Assembly: GCA_002633005.1 (NCBI GenBank)
Contig: NMRA01000957.1
Location: forward strand, 1-64,000
Direction of reading: 5' to 3'
From: Phoronis australis
Lineage: Eukaryota > Animalia > Phoronida
Length of the DNA: 64,000 bases
Part shown: positions 24,779 through 38,000 of the stretch, piece by piece
Numbering within the stretch: the first letter of the stretch is position 1
How the letters are laid out: every line of letters starts with the position of its first letter
Notes under the pieces: generated by a model
The model's input: only the letters and a program-made list of their open reading frames with translations
What the model was told of the DNA's origin: nothing
Database searches by the model: none
Program-made: the position numbers and the translations under genes

Positions 24779-26399
24779 CAATTAAAAGACTTTAATTTCT
24801 GATGGCCTTGGCTGCATGCGATTTTAGTGAGAGATGCTAGCTGGCATTTAATAGACGCAGGTGATGGCCATGAAATCGCATTGACCCCCAGCTGTGAATG
24901 ATCTGGTGGTGCAAAGAGTCGACATTTTCAAAAAGTATATTAATTTTATGTATAATAAATACAGGTGCTTTTTATAATGAATAGACGATTTTCTTTTATT
25001 TAGGATTGGATATGTTCATATTCTACTCCATTCCAAAGAAAGTTCGTTTGAAGAGAATTGTAATGACATAATTGACTTACTGGGCCTTGCTAGCACCTTG
25101 ATCCTATACATGCCAACCTCCATTGAACCGTACTGATTCAGGCTGCGTCTGAGGTTTTAATTAAAACATATGTAACGCTGGCTTAATCTCTATTTCACTT
25201 TTTATAATTATCTAGTGGCTTTCCCAAGGATTAACAATGACTACAATTTATGCCGAATAGCATTCACCTTCAAGCACACCTGATCAACCAGTTCGACTAA
25301 CATTAGGTTATTGAAGGCAAGATTAATCCACGCCATCTTGGAAGAATGGAGGAAGCAGAGATTAGTACCGAGACTTGCAAGTCGAAAGTCTTCTTGAGGA
25401 CAGAAGAAGTATGGACGGTTTTAATGAAAACAACTAATAGTCATACAGTGGGTATCTTTGTACATGTTGGCAAATAAATTCAGACAGTTATTACAGATAA
25501 AAGTTATAGTGTTTAAAATAAATTGTTCTCATTAATGTGAATGTAGNAAAGGTCCTCATACCGAAAAATTCGAGCCCCCCTATACTTTAAGCTGGGTGCG
25601 CTCATGTAACGCACTGAAAAACTCATTGACTCACAAGTTAGCGCGGGTCACCGACTGCCAAACAAGTGTACAGACTCCATGTACGTTGTTAGCAGTGGCG
25701 AATTGACTGTTAGACAGGTGAGGTTTTTGGCCTTGGCTAGCCGCGAAGCTGGGGCAGGACTATACTCTTTCACAGTGCTACGAAAGATAGCGCTGTAGAG
25801 TGTTTGTTATTTATTATGACTTCTCATTGGTTGAGGTTATGAAACTGACGTCATAACATTGAGTCATTCCCATTGGTTGAAATCTGGGAAACCTCTTTCA
25901 GTTTACTGTTACGTAGTATGGCGACCACCTTTGACTTGAAAAGTTGCAATTTATTAAAACGGGCAGTAATCAAAGTAAACAAAATCAAGGGATCCCTGAT
26001 CCCGTAGAAAAGCCCAAATAATTACAATGCATAGAAGGCGTGGGCAAGTGGTGGCGATGTGATCGATAAACTTCAGACCAATCATGCGCATTGATGCCCA
26101 CACATGGAATTCCGTGTGTCGTTCATCATGTTACCACAGGGCCACTTTTCAGTATAGGTGGCGCTGTGTCAGAGGTTCGTGCAGGACCGGAAGCATAAGG
26201 AGGCATCAAAACCAGGTTGTATTGTTCATATCCACCGTCAGGGTTAGCGCGAACTAATAAAAAGATATGTACAAATATGATGAAAACACCATTTGATTCC
26301 TGTTAGCTCGTTAAAAATGTGCCACAAACAAAGGGTCATTTTCAATGGTTTCATACAATCAACTACAAAAGCAGACCATTGGCATGTTTTGGGTCAAAG

Positions 26400-27690
26400 T
26401 GTGGCACGTGCTCCGGACCACGGGAAGTAAAATTGTGGGAAGGGAGAATATTGGTAGCTGGTGGTGAGGCGCCGGAAATTAAAAGGTCAACGAAAATGGG
26501 CGACAACCAAGACGACGTTGAAAATTATCAGGTGTGGGGTCTCCTAATTGGTTATTCATCAGTCTGGTGTGGAAATCTTCAGTTAAGCGATGTTGGTATG
26601 AATATTCCTTCCATCTAAGGGTAAGCGTGTGGTACTAGATAACCCAGCTTGAAAGTAACAACTGTGGGTACTGGACCCCTAACGACAGTGTCTCCAACAA
26701 GAGATCAACAGCAATCACCTCCAATCAGCTGGTTAAGTTCAATCATAGCTGCTCGTGGCACTTGACGACAGTTGGCACGTGATTATTTACTGATGTGGAA
26801 ATAGTAGGTAAAACGGCAGCATATATTGGCAACTTATCTAGACATGTTTGTTGTTCGATCGTCGTCGCTGGCCGGGCTTGAGTGAGGGGGTGGAATTCCC
26901 AGGTGTGGTTAGTCATTTCTGGTGGGTTATGGTCTACACGCACGTTGAGGCAGTTTTCGCACCCAATAACGTACGCTGGGATCCCTCTTCTCATAATATG
27001 TGTAGTGTAGTCTTTATGTCATTAACTTGATTGGTGGCAGTCTTCAGGAGACCAACAGGTGCCAATGATGGATTTAAAGTGAAGTGTGGGCACTGAAGAA
27101 ACCTGTTGACGTTCTTAATGATTTTGGAGTCATTAGTAGCAAATTTATCCGTGATTGGCAGCTGGTTATGAATGAGCTGTAGGCTGGTGATTCTGACGAG
27201 TGGAACATAGGGACGTATTGTGTTTTTGTTGGCATATGTGGCACCGGTTGCGGTACGGTAACTCCTTGTTGAGGTGGGGTCCTTGACAGATGAAGAAATT
27301 CTCGTTGCTTGCATTCTCCAGACGTTGCTTATGGTCAGGAAATTTGGCGCAGCCATGTGTCATGTGACTTTCCTTGCAAAACGTACATCTTGGCGGTAGA
27401 CGAACAAGTCGTGAGAGGTGGGCGATAGTTCACCTGTGGTGGGATAATCTTAGGCCAACGAAAATTCAAACTTTGATTTTGTATATTACGTTAGAATATA
27501 AACTAATACTCACTGAATGCAGAATGATTCCTCCTTTCATGGTGACTGGAATCTCTTTGGACAGGGGAGCAGCATCGTTAGGGATGTGGATTGGCGACAA
27601 ACTCGAGTTTTGATGCTGGAAGGCAATTTCATTGACTCAAATGTACCATATGAAACTTTGCTTTGACCAAGTGCCTTGAGGCAGCGGTTA
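26400..27690 (-). mobile_element. BEL/Pao LTR retrotransposon relic (gag zinc knuckles and aspartic protease), antisense in the last opsin intron
   Basis: Triple CCHC-type knuckles RCTFCKESHMTHGC / FICQGPHLNKE / RCHICQQKHNTSLC, followed by LLKTA...IL*EEGSQRTLL and VVRGPVPTVVTFKLGYLV (Pao peptidase motifs), with stops and frameshifts. Confidence 0.8.
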
Positions 27691-28328
27691 TTGTATCGGT
27701 AAAGAGACCGCCATTAAATTAGGGAGATTTGACGTAGTGAGATCAACTCGATCGTGCCATGAACAATGGGCCGTTCGCGGACACAGGATACGAGTTTTGA
27801 TACAAGCGTGAAAATAAAAATAATACTGAAATGAAAAGTTATCACAAGTGTTCTACTAACTTGAGAAAACGGTCGCAGTACTTTTGGGGTAGTACAAAGA
27901 CCAACAGATGTCAATCCCTTGTGCTCATGGTCTTAAATTACCGTTACGACATTGTATTGATTTGAATTCAGTTTACTACTAGCTGGGTTATTCTAGAAAA
28001 AATATTTTTGTTGAATTCGTAAAGTATTTTTGTTTGTGATGCTGTAAACACATTCTTGTTTTTGAAGCTTGTGCACGCCCCGGTTCAAGATTAATGTGCG
28101 TGTGTTTCAACAGCGAGATTTGCTTTGATTTCGTGTTTCCCAGAATAAAATCAAGTTCTGGGATAGTGGAACTCAAAGCCTGCAATTTGGCGTGTTAATC
28201 GTTTACTGTTTGTTAGCTTGCTGTGGATTTTTGGGCCTCAAGGTTTCGCTTTAACATGACAACGGGTAAGTCTAATTATGATGATGTTGTGATACATAAA
28301 CAAATAAACTGTTTCACTAATTTTACAG

Positions 28329-28556
28329 GTGATCCTGATTTCGTTGCTCCTTTACCTATTCGCCTGGACACCTTACGCCGTCTCTCACTTGTGTATCGCT
28401 GGAGGTGCCAACGTTCCAGTAACAGCAGTCGTTATTACCACACTGTTGGCCAAATCACAATGCGTATACAATCCTATCGTATTAGCTCTGGGTTACTCGG
28501 ATCTGAGGGAAGCTATGAGAAGTCTGTTTGCGAGAAATACCGATATGACAGGCTGA
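28329..28556 (+). CDS. Go-opsin-like gene, last coding exon (TM6, TM7, helix 8, stop)
   Basis: Phase-0 acceptor ttttacag. Encodes VILISLLLYLFAWTPYA...TLLAKSQCVYNPIVLALGYSDLR...TG*. The Schiff-base lysine (K296) codon AAA is at 28452-28454. Confidence 0.95.
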   Translation: MILISLLLYLFAWTPYAVSHLCIAGGANVPVTAVVITTLLAKSQCVYNPIVLALGYSDLREAMRSLFARNTDMTG

Positions 28557-29521
28557 TTCTCGTATGTTGAATTCAAAATTTACGTTTTTGTAGAAATCTA
28601 AATTTTAAGAAATTCAAAAGAATTTATTTCTAGAAGCACGACTCGCAATCGTAGAAAAAAAATTGAACGTGTATCTGTAACAAAGTTGCTACCGATTGGG
28701 TGAGGAAAAAATGTCTAACAACATTCCTGCCATTGCCTGCAGAGATTGATTTCACCTTCTAAAGGCAATGACAGTCGTGAAAGGCTTATAACGTGCTTTT
28801 TTCTCTCCAGAAGGCTTTTTTGTGTTGTGGAAATAGGCGAAACTGCTCACGAAAAAGTCATCCATCGAAGTGGTACATTTTCTACACCTCTTTTATGAGA
28901 GTATTCTCTCCCAGATCCAACCAAGGAGTCGGTGCATACCTGCTTAAAAAGATGAACCGCGCCAACATTCTATGCGTTGCTGCAGAAACTGACTACCTAG
29001 GCCCCCTCGACGTCCGCCTTTTATTTGGCCCGCGGAGGCCAACAAGAATCAATCGTCGGACGTCACCGACGTAACCGTTGCCGCACGTGTCGCGCGTGGA
29101 GTTGACTACTAATAATCAGTGCATTCCACCAAGGAGTGGTGATTCCACGTTTAGAAAGGTGACCCAAACGTCACGATTAGGGTACTCTTTTATCGGCAAA
29201 TGCATGTGTTATGACTTTGGTAATTGTTTGCTTATTTCACGGATATTGTAATCGGGGAAATTTCCTGTATTACAGCCCAAGCCAGATGCGAACTGTTTCA
29301 TTGTGGCCGTGGTAATGATATTTCAAACGTAGTAAACTCATAAAGTATTTTATGTACAATTTGTTATTCTTAATGATAAGCTTCGGAACATTCCTCCGCA
29401 TAATATGTTTTGTATTTTTCTTAAATTTCTGTATTACTTTATATTTGATATTGTATTGTTTATTCTAAGCATGAGATCACTGTGACAGCTTTGCTCACAA
29501 GTCATTGAACTGCACTGTCAA

Positions 29522-29535
29522 AATAAAAAAATAAA
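29522..29535 (+). promoter_or_regulatory. Tandem AATAAA polyadenylation signals, probable 3' end of the opsin mRNA
   Basis: aataaaaaaataaa about 970 bp after the stop codon, following an AT-rich 3'UTR-like tract. Confidence 0.45.
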
Positions 29536-31596
29536 ATGATCTTGCACGTTATGGTCATCAAAAATTGACATCGAAACTCACTTGTGTAAATGGGTTACAC
29601 TGTTATATCTCCATATCCAGCCTGGGAATGTATTTGGAGCTCTCTAACTATATGAGGCGATCTCTAACCTGTGACAAATTTTATGCCCATAAGATATCCA
29701 TTGCGTACTTTTTAAGGTACTCTTTCCTTAACGTTCACTAATTTAGAACGCAGGAAGAGTTCCGACAGTCGAAATATATCCATAAAATATATACATTAGG
29801 TAGCTTTTTGCTATTTTACTATTAATCCACTTAAAAGTGGGCGGAGTTTTCAAGGAAACCTTACATATCGCGGCAGTTGAATGAGTATCCATAATCCATG
29901 CGTCAGTTGTCACTCACCAAAAATAAAAATTAAACTAAAATATTTCATTTTAATTCACTTAAGTTTGAAAATAGGTTTTGACTGAACTAACTTGAGTTGA
30001 AATCTGTTATACGGTGTTTTTAATTAAAATGAAGCTGAAAGAGTGTTCTTGTGTTCCCCACTCGTAATTTATGAAAAAAGGTTAAACCAAGTAATTGTGG
30101 TCTAGAATAATTGATAGGAATAATCTCAGTAAAAAGCACTTGTGTATACATTCTCAGAGACATTACACTATTACTCGAATGAGATTCAATTCTTTTTCAG
30201 AAATAGTTGTGTGGAAGGTAAGACTAAATTTCAGACTTCAGTTCTAAGTCACTTTGGATGAAATAGGATCCAGGTTAACCTGTTTCCTTTCTTCTTTTCG
30301 AGAAAATGATCACAAACGAATTGCATTTTTGAGCGAGAGCTTACTACGCAGTCAATTTCTTAAGGCTTCTTTCGAACGATGGCTTCTATTACTCCACCAA
30401 GGCGTATTCAACCCAGTGCTCCATTTTTGAAGTAGCAAGTGACACAGATGAGAACCAACCTTACCACGCACAGAACAATTTTTACCACATACAAAAACCT
30501 TAGCATGTGATGGAACTCCAACTGCGTAAAGATACTGTTAGGGCAAATGGTTGAAAGCATGACACATAGAAACTAGTTCGCGCAAATGTTTTGAGTGCGA
30601 GTGCCTGCATGACTGTGGGTGGAGTTCAAGCTCCGTGGTAAGGGTTTTGAGTGCGTGGTACGAGTTTTTGCTCTAAGCGGTAAGAGTAAAAGTTGGTTTC
30701 CAACCTCAGGTTGGTGTTTCTAAATGAAACTGTTTTCGTTTTGGACTGGACAGACAAGAGAATGTGTCATTCTACTGTAAAATTCACGATTCGTTTGCCA
30801 AGATCCTACTATGCCGAAGTTGGCCAAGACAAAACCCAACTGAAGTGTCGTACGCGTACAGGATAACAAGCTGAGATCAGCATCTATCGCATATGACGCA
30901 TCACTGTCGAATACTTCGATCTGGCTGCACAACAGACTACCCATATAGTCGGACGCTTGTTCGGTTGTCTACGAAGATTGTGGGATATGATGTGTAACTT
31001 CTCACATCACAGTATTCGCGGCAAAACATGTATTTGGCACTTCGACAGTTATTCTATTTCAGTCGCGTGTTGGGTTTATCTAGTGTGCTCAGCTATCTTG
31101 GTACACTGCATCTTTTTCTTTTATCTTTCTTGACTTCATCACGAATCAATCCGTTTTCACCAGAACAAAAATAATTCAGCGTTTAGAAACGATAGATTAG
31201 TTCAGACATATTTTTGCTAATCCTTTGATGGAACTGACCGAATCCCTGCTCAGTTTTCTGATGTATACACATGCAAAGTTTCAGTTTACCATCGATATCT
31301 GTTGAACAATATTTCACCATACCAACTTCACTTCTGGTTAATTTAAATCACTTTAAGAACAAAAAGGAACACTAAAATTCCAGATTCTAAAATGACGCAT
31401 GTGCGCATTGCCTGTAAGTTGAGTTGCCGGCTCATTCGGCAATAATTCAAGATCGGATGAGCGTGGCAAATCTTTAAATTCCAATGGGCGTCGACTACGA
31501 ATTCAACGTTGACAGCTAAACATGGACGAAATGCAGCTTCAAAAGTAGCCACATGCTTTCCAAACACTTCCCTTCTAACCGTGGGTCAGATCAAAC

Positions 31597-31826
31597 ATAA
31601 TGGACAAGAAACCGCGACTGATTATATCCACTCTAAAATTATGGGCCAAAAAACCCGACCCATTACATCCGTTATTAGGTAATGGGCCAGGAACTCCGAC
31701 CTATAATATCCCTTCTATAGACTATCTAATACAATGGACCAGAACTCCGACGTATTATATCTGTTCTAATATTATGGACCAGGAACACCGACCTATTTTA
31801 TCAGTTCCAATATAATGGGCCAGAAT
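31597..31826. repeat. Degenerate ~40-bp minisatellite (5-6 units; core ataatggrccagraa.tccgac..attatatc)
   Basis: Units are similar along their whole length. Confidence 0.8.
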
Positions 31827-34599
31827 GGTCAAAACAGTGGTAATGCGTGAGGAACTCCCACTCAAACGCGGTTCTCCACATCAAGCTCATTCGGTACAAT
31901 ATTCTTGGGTTTCCGTAGGACGTTATCGTAATAATACGTCACCCGGAAATAGACGAACATTCCATCGAACAATCTTGCTCGGCTTACATTGTTTACCATA
32001 ATAATAGCCAGTTTTTGCAGTGATCCGCGGTAGCGGTAAAATGCTGTCGTTTTTCTGGAAACATTGCTGTTTTTCATTCTCTAAAGCCATGTCAGAAATC
32101 GTCTCGGTAAACGCGGGCGCGTTTCTCTTGTGGAAAAGTTGAACACGTAACGGGGAGAGGAATTTGGGGGGAATTGTGGGTCTTGGGTAAAACTTCTGGG
32201 CCAACTAACACTACTGCTATTAGGCCTGTGCAACGCTTTGCGGTGTTTTTTTTTCAAATAAGAGCTATGGTAAGGATAAAAAGTGTTGACGTGTATGCGG
32301 CCCTCTGGTCACCAGATCCAGTGCATGCACTACGTGCCTGAGTGTTTCGTGTTAAATCGCCAGTAAGCCGTGTTTGTAAGCGAGAAACCCTTTTCTTGTA
32401 AAAGGGACCAACCTACTCCAGTTCACTCATTCCCTACTTTTACACCCAACTCCTCTAAACCAGTCGACCTCGAGAGTAGTTCTGCGTCTCCATCTCATTT
32501 ACAGCGTAAGCCAACACTTACATGTACTCTAGGCCAAAAATATGCTCGATTGCGATCTGCGCCCGCTTCATTTTTGAAACTGCCTATCAACACTTAAAAA
32601 AGGAAAAGACCTGTCAGCATAGCTTTTGCCAAAAAATCATCTTTAATAGGCTTTTATGTCTTCGATGACAAATATTGTTGTCATGAGCCATAGTGTTCCT
32701 GTTAGTGAAAATCACACAGTGTTCAGTTACAAAAAAGAAAGCTAAACAAGAGTGCGTTCCTTAGACACAAGAACCTAACGAACAAGCAAGATTATATCGT
32801 TGGCGAAATGAGTTGACGTTTACGCACGTAAATTACGTGCATAAGCTAATTCTTGTAAAGACGTCAAGTAAGTATTTGCGGCGTAAATTAGCTTTTTACG
32901 ACGTAAAATAATCACAAATAATTATTTTACGACCTAAGAGTAATTATTACTTTACCAAGTATGGGGAAACCATAGTAGGCACCCAAACTATGTAGGATTC
33001 CGAGAAACTTTAATCCTCCAGTGATCTTGTACTGGACTTCTCGTTCATGATTCTGAATCCTCGCTTGTAACCATCCTGAAAATCTTGGTCCACGTCTAAA
33101 ATCTTGATGATTCAGTGATTTCATTTGCATCCGTCAATATCATTTTAGTTTTACCATTCACGGAGAATTGATCAAATGAAAATAAAACACAACTTCCTTT
33201 GCGGGGTTAACATTTTTTGTAAAGTGTCTTGTTATAAACCTAATGTTAGTAGAATACAATTCTCCGGGCAGTCAGTGCAAATGAAGTAGAACAAACTCGA
33301 CATCATAACATCAAAATCTCGTCTTTGGCATGCAATAGCGTATGTTGCCAATTAGTTGTTGTTGTGGCTGGTGTGGAAATGGAGTCCGCGTAATTACGTC
33401 AATTATGTAAATATAACAAGTGTCATCACTTATTAATACAAACGATGGCGTACTACCGAGGAAAGGGTGCTCAGTTCGTTACAAATTGCAATATGCGAAA
33501 CGGAATTATAACTTAATCGGATGCTGCTGCAAAACATGAAAATGACAAGTCGTGTAATCTCCGACATACTGTTTAGATGGATCGATAATTTCATTCCAAT
33601 CGGATTGCAAGCACTTACGCGACATACTACGAGATAGTTTCCACCACTTTTAATCTGTGGAGACTTGTAACGAAAGAAACTGGTAATTTCTGTGTCAGCC
33701 GTAGACTACGTATAAATACAAAACAAGCTTGCAGCAACATAACAAGAAAAGAGTGTACAAGGTATAGGGTGTTCCAAACGTAATGACAACCTAGTTTGAA
33801 AGCACATGCATTGTAATTGACCGCATGAATATTCATGAAATATATTTAAAACCATAACCTGATTCTTCTTGTGTCCTTTCTGGTCATAAAAATATAATTT
33901 TCATGAAATGTCGAAGATAGTCACCCGTAAGTGGTTTTACCCATTTATACCCGCTGAAAACATGCATAGAATGTCGATTAATTTGTTAATGGAAAGAACT
34001 AAACTACGTTATGAGTGAAGACGAATATTGCTTTTATTGTGACACATTTGTTTTAAACCTAATTTCACTCAGACTGATCACTCCAGTAACCACACATTCC
34101 GTTGCTTTGCTTGGGATTATATTTGAATTATGGAATTCATCTCATGTCTTGTTCTGTTTAGAACATTAACGCTTTTGTTAACTCGCCGGGTAAACCCTTT
34201 CACGTCGGCTGGAGGAGTCCTTTACCTGGCAGGTAAATCCACAAAAAGAAGTCAAGAAACGATAGGTCTGATGATCAAGGATTCAGTTCTTGGTTTTGTC
34301 CAAATATAAAGTAACTACATCGTAATTGAACATGGTAGAGTTCAGTAACGGTAGGAACTCGCTAGGGCCTCGTTAAAAGGGCAAGCCTTCGCGAGATATG
34401 AGAGCACGTGACTTTGGCTAGATTTTTTCGCCGCAAGACAGCTACTGACTCAGCTTTACCCATCTGTCGGAGTGTGTTCGGCACAGCGAGTGTTCGGTGC
34501 ACTAAGTTGCATCCACGGAGCATGCGAGATGACGCCGTTATGCGGTAGGCCATTTGTGTTCATGATCTGGGGAGCGATATATACATTCAGCGTATTAGG

Positions 34600-35085
34600 A
34601 TATGTAGGACCTTATCGAGTTGTCGGTGTTTTTAACCAAATATCAACAAGGCTACGGATTTTAACTTAGTAAAAGTATATATTTTCTGAAAGTAGAAAGA
34701 TTGTAAAATTTGATTTTTGACTTTGTACCAGTCTGCTATTACTAGGATCACGTGAGAAGGGTTTTTTAGTAAAATAAAAAAGAAAAGCTCATCCATACGG
34801 GAATAGAGGTATCAATAACATGGGATGACCAAATTTCGTTCTATACAAATGGTTAAGATAAGTCTCAAAACGGTGTTACAGTTTTCAAAACTATTATTTC
34901 GTTTTCGTTTTATGCAATTAGAGTTTTTCCATAAAAATAATAAGCCATATTTTTGATAAACCTTCATGCAAAAGCGAACAATAATTCCACTTGGATAACA
35001 ACGCATAATATATAGTGTCTGAAAGTTTCATACGCATCCAATTACCAATTTCTGTGATATGATGTTCTGGCGTTTTGCCAAATTT
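34600..35085 (+). mobile_element. ~500-bp non-autonomous DNA transposon family, copy 2
   Basis: Same diagnostic blocks as 20216-20700. Confidence 0.65.
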
Positions 35086-38000
35086 GCTCATTATTCAGAA
35101 GCCCTTTCATTCGCGTTCCCAATAGCCATGCACGGAGCTCATATTCGAGATCGAAAAGGAGGCAAATCCACTTTGAATGTACACACCTTCCAAAGGTCAC
35201 GAAATTGAAACCTTTATAGGTATTCATCAAAACTTTTGAGAATTAATGTATGAGATAAATACTTACAGTGACAGTGAAAATCCGTGACCCAGATTTCGAT
35301 TTGCAAGCAGATAAATGAGACTGCCATAACTTTTGAGACAACCCTTACAACGCGTGTTTAACAAAAAGTGACATTGAGACTAGTCGTACAATACAAACGC
35401 GTGACTAGAATGGGCAGAATCGTTGTTGCATTTGTTTTACTACCTGTCTCTAGCGCCAATGCTGAAGTCGAGAGGCAATTAGTAACGTACACGAGTTGAG
35501 ATTGAAACTTGTGGAGTGAGAACTGCTACACTTATCTGAACAGAAAAACGTGTGAACACACTTTACCCGTACAAGCTGACATTTGCTCACTGCATAACAT
35601 CCTCCGCTTACTTTTATTAATTTTATGCTGATGGAGCTCGATTAAGAATGTCAAAAAATATCAAATACTCCAAATATCACCAAAAACGCTTTCAAAAAGG
35701 TTACGCTTTATTTTAAGGTACGGATCACTCGCATAAGCTTTAAAATGCTCAGTACTCGAAAACTAATGCAACGGACGAAAGCTGGTATCATCTTGCACCA
35801 CAGAACTCTAGAACTGGAAAGTCAACTTCGTTCTCGCGCTGCTGACTGGGTTGCGCCGCGCATGCTTTGGATTTGTCTGCATTCATTTGTTCCGGTGTTG
35901 GTTCCTGCTATAGAGTAACAGAGCTTAGGGTGAAATGTTTGTACAAACGAAGTAAAGTCAGAGCTGTTATCACCGAAAACTCCTTCCAAACAAATTTCAT
36001 TAACATTTTGCGGTCTTATGACCCCAAGCGTGGTTAAAAGGGGACCATCTGCTTGTCATTCGGCGACTCGGGAAGCCCGCCGTGAGCACTAGCGCTGCCA
36101 AGTTGGTAGGCGAAACGTAAAGCCGTTTCAACATACTGCAATAATTTAATTCATAATTTCCTTAGCATATGTCCAAATGACAAAGCGCCACCTGAGCTCT
36201 AACAGGATACCAGTATCATGTACCTAGGACAAACAATGACAAATATATATATTAACACTAGCAATTGTCACCTTCTACACTGTCACTAAAATTTTTCTTC
36301 TAACTCAAAAAAGTTTTTCAACCGGATTGCGTCAGGGTCATGTCATTAAAAAGCCCTTTATCAACTATCTATGGTACATGATTATACCAGAACCGAAAGA
36401 TAAATAATTTACTTCATAAATAATTATCATTTTGCATACCTGACAGGTTTGAAAAATATTTATAATTCTAAAAACTAAAAACGTGTTACTAAAATGCGAA
36501 AAATAGCGGGGTGTAAAACTGAAACCGTTCATGTAGTAATTAACTGAACAATTAACTAATTAGTCAACTAACAAGCTTAGAGTTGTTATATGAATGGATA
36601 ATAAAACCTCCAGAAATATTATCAATGATTCAAAGATTGCTGTCAGATGAAGAAAAAAGTTTTTAGAATATGGATCCCTCGCATTTGCTGTAAAGAATTT
36701 AGTCGTGCATTCGTCCAAAATTATATACCTGTATGTATTAATTCGACCTTTGATACAATAAAATTGTTATATTTACAAAAAATGTGTCGCTAATTACACA
36801 AATCCCAGATTTGCAGATAAGGGTTTTGTGAGAGATAAAAATGGCCAACATCAATTGTGTATCTTTGCAATGTACTTTAGATTGATCACTGTAACTGATG
36901 CAGTGTATGAGTTTACACACCTTCTGAAATCAAAATTAATAACGTAGAGTGTTTTACCGTAAACAAGAGGCATTAGAGCACATCTTCACGGTTGTTGTGA
37001 TGCGAAAGAAAGTGGAAAATAACAATATTCATAAAAAAGAGACAACATTATTTTGAACATCTGCTTCTTAGTTGTAAAATATAGACTGACGGGATATACG
37101 GATAAGAAGCTATAGACACCTGGTAAGGATGCTCGCCGCAAAACACAAAAACGTCCCGACAGCGTCTTTTTTTTAGTCTGAGAAATTTAGGGTCTCGTAA
37201 ATACCATGAAACGTCCCGTTTTTATTTTAGTGGAAAGGGAAAATAGAGCAATGTCGCGTGGGAAATTAAAATGGTATCATAAACTGTCAATTTCGCGGGA
37301 CATTTTGATGGTGTGGCCAGATGGTGGGAAAAAGTTCAAAAAAGTGGGACAGTCCACCAACAGTGGGACAATTGGCATAAACAATGTACGCTGTTAGTAC
37401 CACAAAATATTGGGTTGGCTTCTTTTACAAGATAAACGTTTCATTTGTTTATTTCACGGTTGTAGGTAAAATATTTCAGATAACATTACTGTTCAGAAAT
37501 CGAAAAGTATGTGGGCGACAGCGATTTATAAACAATAGAAAACAATAATTATGCATGCATGCATGACACACCTGTTAGTAGGGCTTAAACTATTTTTTAT
37601 ATTTGCAGAATAAACAATCAGAAGTAAAGAGACTTACGTAAAAACTGTAACATGATTTTAACATCCAAAAATGTCTTATTAAGAATCTCCTAATGTAGAT
37701 AGTGGCTCTAAGAGTGGATTTGAAAAGATATCAGAGGCCAGACAAATCCCAGCACCCGGCCAGGGCTATGGGTCGGTGAGGTGCGTAAAAAGAATGACCA
37801 GTGTAATACCATAGTCGGGTTTGTTGACTAATTTGCCAAGAAATCCCTGGTTGTCCGGAACCTTATCTCAAAAAACTCTCTTGGTGAACAAAAATGACAA
37901 AATGAAAATGAAGGGACAACCGGAAATTCACAATGCAAACCCTCGCGGGTAGTCCCGTGAAATCTCGTGGTGGCAAGCTAATGCACGAACGCATGGGTCA

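Noticed and set aside
25547-25547. Sequence discontinuity at a single N (also at 55858 and 62839)
   Set aside because: These are assembly joins, not biology; distances across them, including the last opsin intron, are unreliable.
31597-31826. CRISPR-like repeat array
   Set aside because: Units are similar over their whole length (no unique spacers), there are no cas genes, and the context is eukaryotic.
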